From Chlamydiales bacterium (GTDB lineage: Bacteria; Chlamydiota; Chlamydiia; Chlamydiales; JAAZZY01): a stretch of DNA of 64,000 bases. A program made the position numbers and the translations under genes. The stretch is taken from assembly GCA_965206695.1 (NCBI GenBank), contig CBDBKM010000011.1:192001-256000 (forward strand), given 5' to 3'. Within the stretch, counting starts at the first letter, position 1; the number at the start of each line of letters is the position of its first letter. Shown piece after piece: positions 33,170 to 44,023 of the stretch. The notes under the pieces were generated by a model. The model saw only the letters and a list, made by a program, of their open reading frames with translations, was not told the DNA's origin and ran no database searches.

Positions 33170-33898
33170 TATAAGCATTTAAGACATCAGGGGAAGAAGT
33201 ATAACAAACGAGGTTCTGTCAAAGCTGACCGTGGCTATATTCCCAATAGGATTGATAGTGATGAAAGACCTGAGATTGTCGATATGAACACAAGGATAGG
33301 AGATTTTAAATGCGATACAATAATAGGAAGAAATCATAAAAAGGTGCTTGTCTCTATTATTGCCGGAGCTTCTAAAGATACAATGCTTATGAAGGTAGCA
33401 TTTAAACAGGCTCATGGTGTTGCTAATGCTTTAATTGAACCTTTAGAGCTTATTAAGGACAAAGTGTATACATTCACGACAGATAACGGTTTAGAATTTT
33501 CCAAGCATAAAGAGGCTAGTGCAAAACTTAACGCAGAGTTTTATTTTGCTAAACCCTATCGCTCCCGGAAAAAAGGATTGAATGAACAGACAAATGGACT
33601 TGTAAGACAGTATCTCCCTAAAAAAACTGATGTATCAAAAGTAACGGATGAAGAAGTAAAAAAAATAGAACATTTATTAAATAACAGACCAAGGAAAAGT
33701 TTGAATTTTAAAATGCCTATAGCGGTTTTCAATCAAAGAAATTTGAGGTATAATTGAGGTGCCTATTTGTTGCACTGCATAGTTGAAAAGGCAAAGTATT
33801 ATATAAAACGATTTGTTTTTGCTAATGGAATTTTTATCTTTTTTGTGCTATATTATTTTTTTCTTTAGGATATTCCAACACAAGGTATTAGTAATATT

Positions 33899-34390
33899 AT
33901 GATTATTAGAACGGGTATTGGCCAGGATAGCCATCGTTTTTTAACAAACGATTCTTCAAAATCTTGTATACTGGGTGGAGTTGTTTTTGAAGGAATTCCG
34001 GGATTATCAGCTAATTCTGATGGAGATGTCATCTATCATGCGATTTGTAATGCCATTTCTTCGTTAACCGGAGTTTTAATTTTAGGCGGGATAGCAGATG
34101 ATCTTTGTCTTAAAGATGGCATAACGGATAGCCGGATATATTTACGGGAAGCTTCTAGAACATTAGGCAATCAGCGTCTGACGCATGTTGCTATTACAGT
34201 TGAAGCTAAAAGGCCTAAACTGAAACAACACTTTCAGAAGATACGCCAAAACATTGCAGATATTTTAAAGTTAGATATCTCCCGGGTGGGAATAACAGCG
34301 ACTTCCGGTGAAGGACTGACAGACTTTGGTTGCGGAGATGGTATGCAATGTATGTGTATTGTAACGTCTTCTGAAAATTCTTCTTATTGA
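33899..34390 (+). CDS. ispF: 2-C-methyl-D-erythritol 2,4-cyclodiphosphate synthase
   Basis: [34 protein letters not shown]. Confidence 0.95.
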   Translation: MIIRTGIGQDSHRFLTNDSSKSCILGGVVFEGIPGLSANSDGDVIYHAICNAISSLTGVLILGGIADDLCLKDGITDSRIYLREASRTLGNQRLTHVAITVEAKRPKLKQHFQKIRQNIADILKLDISRVGITATSGEGLTDFGCGDGMQCMCIVTSSENSSY

Positions 34391-34461
34391 ATCATTGATT
34401 GAGTTTTGGTAAGGATATCCTGAGATTCTTTGAGATTAGAATCTTTCCATGCTTGAATATA

Positions 34462-34890
34462 TAGTGAATTAAATTTTATTTTTTATTTTATTCATGTAAA
34501 ATATCCGGATGACATATTCACTTGATTTAAGAAAACAAGCTTTAAAATATATTAAAAATGTGGGAACACGAAAAGAGGCCGGTGTCATTTTTCAGTTACA
34601 ACCCGCACTTTATCGAACCGGATTTCTCGAAAAAGACTGCAGATCTTAGCACCTACCAAAAAACGTCCTAGCCCAAGTAAAATTGATAGTAATAAACTTA
34701 AGCAATACCTTCAAAAATATCCGGATGCCTATTTTAGAAAAATTGCTCAAGAATGGGGTGTTACGATCCGGCTATTGTTTATACCTGTAAACGTTTGAAA
34801 CTAACCTTAAAAAAAGATCCTGTTCCACAAAGAAAGAGATGAAAAAAACGACAAGAGTTTCAAGAAACACTAAAAAATTAAATCCTTCAA
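34462..34890 (+). mobile_element. Truncated, frameshifted IS630 remnant (left end + orfA)
   Basis: TA-TAGTGAATTAAATTTT end; ATG at 34509 MTYSLDLRKQALKYIK..., later YLQKYPDAYF and an A-run followed by KERDEK, paralleling element B orfA. Confidence 0.75.
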
Positions 34891-34899
34891 AACAAGATA

Positions 34900-36267
34900 T
34901 TGCTAATGAGTACGTTAAGAATAAAAGGTGGTAATCCCTTAAAAGGAGAAATTAAAATCTCCGGGGCAAAGAATGCCACAACAAAATTATTGGTCGCTTC
35001 TCTTCTATCTGATCAAGCTTGTATTTTAAAAAATGTCCCTGAGATTGGAGATGTAGAGATTACCTTAGATCTTTGTCGGGAATTGGGGAGTAAGGTTACT
35101 TGGGATCGCAAAGAAAAGACTATTGAAATCCGAACTAAAGAATTAAAAACCTCTTATATTCCTCAACGATTTTCCGGGGCCAACCGAATACCCATTCTAA
35201 TGATAGGAGCCCTTTTAGGAAGAACAGAAGAATCCATCATTGTTCCTACTGCCGGAGGAGATCGTATTGGTCAAAGACCTATCAATTTTCATATGCAAGC
35301 TTTAAAACAACTTGGTGCTGAAATCGAATATCGAACAATGAAAAAAGAAGGGGCTTATTTCGCTCATGCTCATCAGGGTTTACAAGGATCAATTATTGAA
35401 TTACCTTTCCCTTCTGTAGGGGCCACGGAAAATAGTATCCTATGTGCAGTAAGAGCTAAAGGGATTACTATTATAAAAAATGCTGCGATTGAACCTGAAA
35501 TCATTGAATTGATCCTATTTTTACAAAAATTAGGGGCAATCATCTCTTTTGATGTTGATAGAACTATTCGTATTCAAGGCATTAGAAAATTTCATCCGGT
35601 AGAACATACCATTATATCTGATCGTATTGAAGCAGCTTCGTACGCTATCGCTGCCATTAGCTCAAAAGGGCGTATCTTTATTGAAGGAGCCCAACACATC
35701 CATATGATCACCTTCCTTAATAAATTACGAGAAATCGGAGGCGGCTTCGATATTAAATCGAATGGTATCGAATTTTATTATAATGGTCCTTTGCAAGGTG
35801 GCCTTCATCTGGAAACAGATGTTCATCCCGGTTTCATGACTGATTGGCAACAACCCTTTGTTGTCCTTCTTACACAGGCGCATGGGACTTCGGTTATTCA
35901 TGAAACTGTTTATGAAAAGCGTTTTGGTTACACCGAAACACTTAAAGAAATGGGTGCTGATATAGAACTATTTAAACAATGTCTTGGCGGAAAAAAATGT
36001 CGTTATGCCGCACAAAATTATTATCATAGTATTATTGTTAAAGGTCCTACCCCATTGAAAGGCAGTAATATTTCTATTCCCGACTTAAGAGCAGGTTTTG
36101 CATATGTATTAGCAGCCCTTCTATCAAAAGAAACAAGTGAGATTAAGGGGCTTCCTTTTTTAAAAAGGGGATATGAACATATTGTTGAAAGACTGGTTTC
36201 TTTAGGATGTAATATTGAAATCTGTGATGATGTTAAAAAAGAAATACCGCTGATAACAAGCCAATAA
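34900..36267 (+). CDS. murA: UDP-N-acetylglucosamine 1-carboxyvinyltransferase
   Basis: SGAKNA, GGDRIGQRPINFH (Asp in place of the fosfomycin-target Cys, as in Chlamydia), SVGATEN, HPGFMTDWQ, DLRAG. Confidence 0.96.
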   Translation: MLMSTLRIKGGNPLKGEIKISGAKNATTKLLVASLLSDQACILKNVPEIGDVEITLDLCRELGSKVTWDRKEKTIEIRTKELKTSYIPQRFSGANRIPILMIGALLGRTEESIIVPTAGGDRIGQRPINFHMQALKQLGAEIEYRTMKKEGAYFAHAHQGLQGSIIELPFPSVGATENSILCAVRAKGITIIKNAAIEPEIIELILFLQKLGAIISFDVDRTIRIQGIRKFHPVEHTIISDRIEAASYAIAAISSKGRIFIEGAQHIHMITFLNKLREIGGGFDIKSNGIEFYYNGPLQGGLHLETDVHPGFMTDWQQPFVVLLTQAHGTSVIHETVYEKRFGYTETLKEMGADIELFKQCLGGKKCRYAAQNYYHSIIVKGPTPLKGSNISIPDLRAGFAYVLAALLSKETSEIKGLPFLKRGYEHIVERLVSLGCNIEICDDVKKEIPLITSQ

Positions 36268-36343
36268 TAAATAAATCTATTTAATTGACTTATTACTTTT
36301 TAAAAACTATATTTTAATCCTATTAACTAAATTATTTAAATAA

Positions 36344-37351
36344 ATGCATCAACTATTAACTGCAACCCCTCCATTATGGAGGCAGCTGCAAAGACAGAAT
36401 TATAAGGATTATCATTCGCTTGCTAATTTTTTAGAACTAGATGAAGACATAAGAAAAGAAATACTTCCTCAATCTAATTTCATTCTGAATTTACCCAAGC
36501 GCCTAGCTGAAAAAATTGTTAAGAATACGATTGATGATCCTATTTTCAAGCAGTTTGTACCTCTTAAGAAGGAACAAAACGACAACCAAAACTTCATATC
36601 GGATCCTGTTAACGATGCCCAATTTAGAAAATCGACTAGGCTACTTCATAAATATAATGGAAGAGCGCTCCTATTAACCTCATCTTCTTGTGCTATGCAT
36701 TGTCGATATTGCTTTCGTAAAAATATGGATTATGGGACTAACTCTCATTTTTTTGATAAAGAATTAAAAATTATTAAAGCGGACACATCGCTTACTGAAA
36801 TTATATTAAGTGGTGGAGACCCCTTATCTCTTAGCAATTACTATCTAAAAGAATTAATATTAAATCTTGAAAAAATAAATCATTTAGAGCGCCTTCGTTT
36901 CCATACTCGATTTCCTATAGGAATACCTGAGAGGATTGATGAAGAGTTTTTAAACATTTTAAAAGAGACAAGACTAAGGGTCTGGTTTGTGATCCACTCG
37001 AATCATCCTATAGAATGGGATGAAGACGTCTTGTCATTTTTGAATAAAATACAGAGGCTGGGCATACCCATCCTTAATCAATCCGTTCTCCTTAAGGGAG
37101 TAAATGATACTTTTGAGATACAAAAAAAACTACATATGCTTTGCATCAATCATGGAATTATTCCTTATTATATTCATCAGTTAGACAAAGTAACGGGGGC
37201 TTCTCATTTTGAAGTATCAGAAGAGATTGGGCTAAATTTAATCAAACAGCTTAGAGAAGAGCTTCCCGGGTACAGCACTCCCCAATATGTTAGAGAAATA
37301 CCCGGTAAGGCCAGCAAAACAGAAATTGCGTCAAAGCCACAACAAATTTAG
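36344..37351 (+). CDS. epmB: KamA-family radical SAM protein (EF-P beta-lysylation EpmB-like)
   Basis: LHKYNGRALL, CAMHCRYCFR, LSGGDPL, NQSVLLKGVND. Confidence 0.85.
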   Translation: MHQLLTATPPLWRQLQRQNYKDYHSLANFLELDEDIRKEILPQSNFILNLPKRLAEKIVKNTIDDPIFKQFVPLKKEQNDNQNFISDPVNDAQFRKSTRLLHKYNGRALLLTSSSCAMHCRYCFRKNMDYGTNSHFFDKELKIIKADTSLTEIILSGGDPLSLSNYYLKELILNLEKINHLERLRFHTRFPIGIPERIDEEFLNILKETRLRVWFVIHSNHPIEWDEDVLSFLNKIQRLGIPILNQSVLLKGVNDTFEIQKKLHMLCINHGIIPYYIHQLDKVTGASHFEVSEEIGLNLIKQLREELPGYSTPQYVREIPGKASKTEIASKPQQI

Positions 37352-38279
37352 AAAATAGCGTTGTATAGGAATACGTTTCATGAAAACTTGCTTCCGGAAT
37401 TTCTGATAACAAATCCGGACCACCGTTAGCATTTAGAAAAGCAAAAATTTCTTTCACTCTATTATTTATCTCCGGGTGTGTAAGCCTCCCAAACCATAAT
37501 CCCCAAGTAGCCATTTCTCTAGGATCATTTGCCTGAGTCGAACCTATACAAAATGCAAACCGTTCTCCGAATTTATCTTCAAAAATATAAGTCGCCCCCG
37601 CCACCCTATCAGGTATTGTATCAGTAAACAATTCGCAATCAAATAAGTTATTGGGATTGTTTTCCAGCTCATTGAAATAGATGTTTCTTTGTTCTTTTGT
37701 CCTTTTTTCCAGTCCTCTTTTAGTATATGCAACCCAAAGCATTGCTCCATCTAATTTAAGATAATCGCGCATCACCTGCGCTCTTGATCTTACTGATAAA
37801 AGACGGTGTTCATCTTGCAAGAGGGAAGGATCAACTAACAAATCGGATATGTTTCCTTTAGTACAAAGAGCAGTAGTTGGCGCCGGCGTATGAATAACGC
37901 CTTTTAAATTAACAATCTCTCCTGTTGTCATTTTATAAATAAGTTCTTGTTCAATAACTTTTTGCAAATTGACATAGATAGGCCGAAGTTCACTATCCGT
38001 ACCTACTCTAATTTCAGCAAAATCCGCAGATACACCACTCCAAAGAACGATTAACTTTTCCACTAGAAGATCTAATTTCTCATCATGACAAATATTCTGA
38101 ATGATATTTTTTTCAATTTGATTAAATGTTGGATTTTGATCATTTTTATCCAAAGAGCTTGAAGTACTCGAATCTTCTTGATGAAAGACAAGGAAATATA
38201 AGAATATGAGTAAAATACCTAAAATAGGAGGCAGCCCAAATTTAAATATTTCGACAACCGATATGTTCATGCGCTTCAT
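37290..38279 (-). CDS. Hypothetical protein with N-terminal membrane anchor
   Basis: 329-aa ORF with a single hydrophobic segment near the N-terminus; AGGAG RBS. Confidence 0.7.
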   Translation of the reverse strand: MKRMNISVVEIFKFGLPPILGILLIFLYFLVFHQEDSSTSSSLDKNDQNPTFNQIEKNIIQNICHDEKLDLLVEKLIVLWSGVSADFAEIRVGTDSELRPIYVNLQKVIEQELIYKMTTGEIVNLKGVIHTPAPTTALCTKGNISDLLVDPSLLQDEHRLLSVRSRAQVMRDYLKLDGAMLWVAYTKRGLEKRTKEQRNIYFNELENNPNNLFDCELFTDTIPDRVAGATYIFEDKFGERFAFCIGSTQANDPREMATWGLWFGRLTHPEINNRVKEIFAFLNANGGPDLLSEIPEASFHETYSYTTLFSKFVVALTQFLFCWPYRVFL

Positions 38280-38468
38280 ACGTGATACTCCTACCTATAA
38301 ATTTGATGCGCTAGCTACGTATATAGTCTAACTTGTGTTTTAGTGTATCGATAGTAAGAATCATGATAATCAATAACGCTCCTAAAAGAACAAATACTTC
38401 TCTTTTAAACCGTAAAAAAATCGAACGAATAGACTGACTCACATGCTTTCTTTTATTTAAAAAGGGAT

Positions 38469-40382
38469 TTAAATTCCGACACTCTCAACAATATTGATTT
38501 TAGGTTCTGTCCATCTATCGTGTTTTTTTAGAAGGCCTATTAAACAATCCACTGCTTCGGTATAAGGAATATTAGCTTCTACTTTCTTTTTACCGACATA
38601 TAAATCAATCATATCGGGTTTAGAGCCTACATAACCAAAATCGGCATCGGCCATCTCACCGGGTCCGTTTACAATACAACCCATAATAGCTATTTTGACC
38701 CCCGGAAGGTGTGCCGTCCTCTCATGAATTTTTTTAGCCACTTCTTGAAGATTGAATAATGTTCTTCCACAGCCGGGGCAAGAAATGAATTCTGTTTTAG
38801 AAGCCCTCATCCGAGAAGCTTGCAAAATATTAAAGCCCGTTTTTCTTAAAAACGAGATATCACAATCACCTTCTAAAAGAACCCCTTCTCCTAAACCATC
38901 ACATAGTAAGCTCCCACAATCAACAGATGACTGTATAAGAAAGTCTTCTTTAGAACATAGATAGGCAAAGTTCAGAATAACAGGAATTTGAAGATCGTTT
39001 TGATAAAGCCATTCAAAAAAGGCACGTGAAAAATGAATCTTATCCTTTTTAGGTGCTAATAGAATAAAAGAAACTTTTGCTGTTTTTAAAAACTTCCATT
39101 TATTGCGATCCTCATCTGAGATGCTAACGACCTGCTCTTGCTCTTCCTTTATCTCATCTAGAGTAACTAACGGAAGATGTCCTATAGTGCTTATTTTAGA
39201 AAAGATGCCTATCCCCAATTCTTTAAGACGATTCAGTTTTGTGTCATCTTTTGAAGTCCAATCATCTTCTAAAATCAAAATATCCGTATTACTAACCGTC
39301 TTTTGTGGTCTTTGTAATTGAACGTCACAACCAATCTCTTGATAAAAGGTATCCTTTTGAAGGGAGGTACCATTGGCTTTAACCCCCACTGAACCGTCAC
39401 GATGCAAAAAAGGGTGGTCTAATAAAGGAAGCACTCTTTTGATCTTATTAAAAGGGTTCCGAAAGGTTTCATTAAATGCAGGAACACTTCCGAAGACTTC
39501 GAGTTCTTTTTGATACTGCAACAAGCGCTTACAAGGATCCATCTCATACCAAGGATCTTCGGTTAGAGAAACACGAATCGTATCCCCTAATCCATCTACT
39601 AAAAGAGCACCGATACCAACAGCGGACTTAATACGTCCATCTTCCCCTTCCCCTGCTTCTGTTACACCTAAATGAAGCGGGTAATCCCAGCCTAATGTCA
39701 TCATCTCAGCAACTAAGAGGCGATACGCTTCAATCATAACATGCGTATTACTCGCTTTCATTGAGAAGATAATATTATGAAAATCATATTTTCGACATAT
39801 ACGTGTATATTCAAGGGCCGATTCTACCATCCCTTTAGGAGAATCCCCATAGCGATTCATAACTCTATCAGAAAGCGAACCGTGATTAGTCCCTATACGA
39901 ATGGAGCGCTTTAACTTCTTACACTTTTCAATTAAAGGAACAAATCTTTCCTCTATTCTATCGATTTCTTGTGCATAAGAATCATCGTCATATTCTAATA
40001 TTCTAAAAGTTGCTCTCCTATCAGCAAAATTACCGGGATTAATTCTTACCTTATCAACAACATCTGCTACCCGGAGCGCTGCAGGAGGGTAAAAGTGAAT
40101 ATCCGCAACCAGAGGAATCGTGTAACCTTTTTGAATAAGACCATTTTTGATTTTTTCACAGCTATCAACTTCTTTCATTCCCTGAACCGTAACTCTTGCG
40201 ATTTCACATCCGTAGTCAGCAAGTCGAATGATTTGATCAATGGTAGCTTTAGAGTCACGAGTATCAGAGGTCGTCATAGACTGGATTCTTATAGGGTTAT
40301 CCCCTCCGATTCCAACAGATCCGACTTTCACTTCTCGTGTGATAAATCTTTTGGTTTTATAAATATTCTCGCAATATTGCAT
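38469..40382 (-). CDS. ispG: HMBPP synthase IspG (long three-domain type)
   Basis: IQSMT, LVADIHF, RINPGN, RIGTNHGSL, HLGVTEAG, ISCPGCGRT, MGCIVNGPGE. Confidence 0.97.
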   Translation of the reverse strand: MQYCENIYKTKRFITREVKVGSVGIGGDNPIRIQSMTTSDTRDSKATIDQIIRLADYGCEIARVTVQGMKEVDSCEKIKNGLIQKGYTIPLVADIHFYPPAALRVADVVDKVRINPGNFADRRATFRILEYDDDSYAQEIDRIEERFVPLIEKCKKLKRSIRIGTNHGSLSDRVMNRYGDSPKGMVESALEYTRICRKYDFHNIIFSMKASNTHVMIEAYRLLVAEMMTLGWDYPLHLGVTEAGEGEDGRIKSAVGIGALLVDGLGDTIRVSLTEDPWYEMDPCKRLLQYQKELEVFGSVPAFNETFRNPFNKIKRVLPLLDHPFLHRDGSVGVKANGTSLQKDTFYQEIGCDVQLQRPQKTVSNTDILILEDDWTSKDDTKLNRLKELGIGIFSKISTIGHLPLVTLDEIKEEQEQVVSISDEDRNKWKFLKTAKVSFILLAPKKDKIHFSRAFFEWLYQNDLQIPVILNFAYLCSKEDFLIQSSVDCGSLLCDGLGEGVLLEGDCDISFLRKTGFNILQASRMRASKTEFISCPGCGRTLFNLQEVAKKIHERTAHLPGVKIAIMGCIVNGPGEMADADFGYVGSKPDMIDLYVGKKKVEANIPYTEAVDCLIGLLKKHDRWTEPKINIVESVGI

Positions 40383-40483
40383 TAGTTTGAATAATCATGA
40401 TTAATTATGATTTGAATGAGGATATTTCTAAAAAGAATAAAACACAAGTAATCTATTAAGAAGAGCGATAACGATAACTCTTA

Positions 40484-43400
40484 TTAATCTTTTTTTTTAG
40501 CCAGTTCTGCTAAATTGCCTGATTGAGCAGCAGCTACCTGTAGTTGCTTATAAGCTAAATCATATCTATCTTGTAACTCGTATATCTCAGATCGTAAAAT
40601 CATAGCCTTGGTTTTTTGAGATGAAGGGAATTCATCATTGATAATTCTCGATAGGATAAGCATTGATCTATCAAACTGATCCAAATAACGATAGCATTGG
40701 CTTTGGTGAATCCATAAATCTAACTGATAATCCTTATTAGGATCTTTTTCTTTAAAGGTCTTTTCGGCCTTATCGAAATAATCGATCGCTTGGCTATAGT
40801 CATTTCTGTTCATTACCAAGCAACCTAAATCATACCAAGCACGAGATAAATAGTACCCATTACATATGTTAGCATTTTTAAACTTTTCTATTATTGTAGT
40901 TAGAGAAGATTCTGTAAGGGCATTGTTAGATTGCCCGGAATGGATATCGATATAAGCCCGATCAGCTTCTTGGCAAATTAAAGGATAAGCTGACTTTTCT
41001 CTTATCAAATGAGCTAAAGAATAGGCGGAGCCCTCAAAATCTTGAAGAATTTTACTAAAACTATTTGCAGCTCGTAATAAATAATCGACGCTTTCCTCCC
41101 GGTCCGTTCTATCCGCCAGAGCAAGCTCAAGATAACCTTTATTCAATAGCGCCCGGTAGTAAACCTCAAGGAATTGCTGAAGTTCTTCGGGATTAATCAT
41201 CTTCTTATTAAAGTTAACCTCGAAACAGTTCATCGAATTTACAAATAATTCAAGTGCCTCTAGAAATTGTCCATTACTTAATTTAGAATGAGAGAGATCT
41301 TTTTGAGATTTTCCTAAAAAATAATATACTTTCACTAGATAAGGGCTATCGGGAAACTTTTCCCGCATTATTTTAAGATGAGCTAAAGCATCCCTTTTTC
41401 CCTTGAGATATTCATCCTCTGTATAAACATTAAAATAAGCTTTTTGAGCAAAAAAAGAGTCAGGGAATTTTTCATAGACATTCTTAAAATAGGAGGAAGC
41501 ATTTTCTTCTCTGAGGTTCCGAGATGCCTGTCCGGCTAAAAACCAAGCTTCGACGAGAAACTCTTCATCTAAAGCGGTATTTGCCAGTAAGACATACACC
41601 TCTTCCGCAGCTTTGAAATGCTTTATCTCATCATAATTATTTCCTAATAATAGAAGAACAGCCTCATGATATTTTCCTCTAACAGGGTTATCTAATAATT
41701 TCTTACAGGCACTAATAGCCTCTAAGGAATAGGTATGAGGAGCTCCTTTTTTCAGCAGTTTACTGGAGATTACAGCAGAAAAATATAAACGCTCTTCAAC
41801 TCCCGGTACTTCTTCTTCTAAAGAAGAGCGCTGTTTTAAGTATTCCTTGGCCTTGAGTAAGGATTGTTCAGTATCTTGTTCAATATACCCTTTAATGATC
41901 ATAGTTAAAATCTGACAAACCAATGACTTGTTTTCAGATTCAAAGAGATATAAAGCATGAGCTAAACCATCCGATGCTTCTTTAAATAACAGCCTTCGTT
42001 CTTCATATTCCTGAACTTTACTAGCTTGAGTAAAATCATTAACCCCACGGAAATACCATCCCCACGCAAAATTAGGACACTTTGAATAGATAGAACTTGT
42101 CAGCTTATTAAAAAGCTCTTTGGCTAAAATATAATCAGAAGCTAGTCTAGCTTGCATTAAAAGAACCTCAAAATTATCTTCTAGAGAGTTAAAATAAGCT
42201 TGATTAATCAATGAATCCATTGTTTCATTCGCCTTTTTATCTCCCAGAAGAATCCCTTTTAAGAAAAAGACATGCATTAATGATAAATATAAGCCAGATT
42301 CCTTCTGATCTGTTAAAAGAGCTTCAAAATATTTTTCTGCCTTATTCAAAAAAACTGCGATGAGTTCTTTATCCTTTACTTGTTCCGCCCGGCGCAAATA
42401 AGACCATCCTAAATTGTACATACCTTCACTGATCCAATCACAAGTCTCTCCTTGAGGGATTAATAGTGCTTCTTCATAACCAACAATGGCTAATGAATAA
42501 TTCTCTTGTTTAAAATAAGCTTCTCCTCTAAGATAAGCCCACTCATAAAAAAGAAGATCTTTTCTATTCAGATTCATGTTTTCGGGATTCAATACTTCCT
42601 CTGCCAGGAAATAATTTTCTTCATCTAAAAAAACACGGGCCAAGCGAATACGGGCGTCGTTCGAAAAAGCTGTCGGGTGTTTTGGGCTTATTAAGAGAAA
42701 GTAGGACTTCTTAGCCCGGTCAAATTGTTCTTGAGAGTAATAGAGATTTCCCAACAATAAAAGCACTTCATTATAATGCTTCAGTTGATCTCTATCTGCC
42801 GTCTTCAAATAGCTTGTATACTGAATAATCGCTTTCGAAGCGTTCCCTAAAAAATAATGACACATCCCTAAAGAATACAGACTTTCAAGGTAAACCTCTT
42901 CTGAAGAAGGCTTTTGTTTTTCCAAAAGTTCACATGCTTTTCGATACAGCTTCATTTTCATATAGCTTTTGGATAGCAATAATCGAATATTCGAAAGGAA
43001 TAGCTCTTTTTCGGGATGCTGCTCCCACCTAGGATATACCTCTATTAGGAGAGCTATCAGTATTTCCTGAAACAGTGGTATCAATTCTTTAAATGCTTGT
43101 TGGAGATACAAATTTTCTGCTCTTTGAAAGAGGGTATCATAATGCTGATCTAAGATTCCACTTAGCCCTAAAAAGAAACTCTTTTCTATCAGGGGCCAAG
43201 AGTCAATTGGCGCAGTTGTCTTAATCTCCTTGAGAATAAGATAAGCCTTCTGAGGATCATTCTGATAATTATATAACCTAGCTTCTATAAACTGAATTTT
43301 AGCTTGAAAATCTTTCGGGGGATTCAAATGATTCAATTTTTCTATGATGGAAGCAGCCTCCGTATAATTTTCGAGGCAAATCTCTGCATTGGCCAAACGA

Positions 43401-43690
43401 ACCAAAACATCGAAATACGTATACCGACCGAAATATTCGCTGCCCCCTAGGGATAGTAACTCTTTAAAATGAGCACGAGCACGAGACCATTCTTTATTTT
43501 TTACGAAAAGCTCAGCTTCTGAGTGAAGGAGACAAAGTTTTGCAATAAACTCGTCGCTTCCGGGAGTGAGTTGGCTTCCTGCGACGGGATAAAAACAAAG
43601 TAGCTTCGCTACGCATATAAACAAGATGAGTTTTTTTACACTCCTAACGTAACGCATATCGATTGTTCTCATTTTAAAGTAGCATGTCAT
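40484..43690 (-). CDS. Large tetratricopeptide-repeat protein
   Basis: Many TPR-like helix pairs (YSLGMCHY, LLLGNLYY, YLRGEAYF, WYDLG); divergent from hctA as in Chlamydia. Confidence 0.85.
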   Translation of the reverse strand: MTCYFKMRTIDMRYVRSVKKLILFICVAKLLCFYPVAGSQLTPGSDEFIAKLCLLHSEAELFVKNKEWSRARAHFKELLSLGGSEYFGRYTYFDVLVRLANAEICLENYTEAASIIEKLNHLNPPKDFQAKIQFIEARLYNYQNDPQKAYLILKEIKTTAPIDSWPLIEKSFFLGLSGILDQHYDTLFQRAENLYLQQAFKELIPLFQEILIALLIEVYPRWEQHPEKELFLSNIRLLLSKSYMKMKLYRKACELLEKQKPSSEEVYLESLYSLGMCHYFLGNASKAIIQYTSYLKTADRDQLKHYNEVLLLLGNLYYSQEQFDRAKKSYFLLISPKHPTAFSNDARIRLARVFLDEENYFLAEEVLNPENMNLNRKDLLFYEWAYLRGEAYFKQENYSLAIVGYEEALLIPQGETCDWISEGMYNLGWSYLRRAEQVKDKELIAVFLNKAEKYFEALLTDQKESGLYLSLMHVFFLKGILLGDKKANETMDSLINQAYFNSLEDNFEVLLMQARLASDYILAKELFNKLTSSIYSKCPNFAWGWYFRGVNDFTQASKVQEYEERRLLFKEASDGLAHALYLFESENKSLVCQILTMIIKGYIEQDTEQSLLKAKEYLKQRSSLEEEVPGVEERLYFSAVISSKLLKKGAPHTYSLEAISACKKLLDNPVRGKYHEAVLLLLGNNYDEIKHFKAAEEVYVLLANTALDEEFLVEAWFLAGQASRNLREENASSYFKNVYEKFPDSFFAQKAYFNVYTEDEYLKGKRDALAHLKIMREKFPDSPYLVKVYYFLGKSQKDLSHSKLSNGQFLEALELFVNSMNCFEVNFNKKMINPEELQQFLEVYYRALLNKGYLELALADRTDREESVDYLLRAANSFSKILQDFEGSAYSLAHLIREKSAYPLICQEADRAYIDIHSGQSNNALTESSLTTIIEKFKNANICNGYYLSRAWYDLGCLVMNRNDYSQAIDYFDKAEKTFKEKDPNKDYQLDLWIHQSQCYRYLDQFDRSMLILSRIINDEFPSSQKTKAMILRSEIYELQDRYDLAYKQLQVAAAQSGNLAELAKKKD

Positions 43691-44023
43691 GTCAAATTTA
43701 GACTGTTTTTTGACCGTTAATTAACATAACTTAATCAAATACAAAAAAAACAGGCTAAAAGCATCCCTATTCGTTTCAAAATACATTGTTTTGAATATCG
43801 AAAATTTCCATTTTTTCATTTTTTTTACTATTTTTTAAAATCTATTAAAAAAAATATTGTTTATCTCGTAAAATTGCTTAAAAAAATCTTGAATTTAGGC
43901 TCAAAACCACAACAAAACGGCAGTTTTTAAAAAAAAATCATAAAAACACTTGCAGAATATATATAAAAGTTAATATTCACAAAATTGTAGACAACATCAT
44001 TAGATACTCAAGGAGTGCTAGGC

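Larger units (their letters stand above)
30660..33792 (+). mobile_element. Degenerate IS30-family element interrupted by two IS630 elements
   Basis: MPKGYHHLTYEQR HTH start, WSFVQISGR, LYKHLRHQGKKY, TTDNGLEF, LNNRPRKSL. Right IR tttgttgcactgcatagttgaaaaggc ends at 33792; the left end is approximate. Confidence 0.88.

Noticed and set aside
35245..35290. MurA Cys-to-Asp as a novel resistance trait
   Set aside because: Already established for chlamydial MurA (intrinsic fosfomycin resistance).
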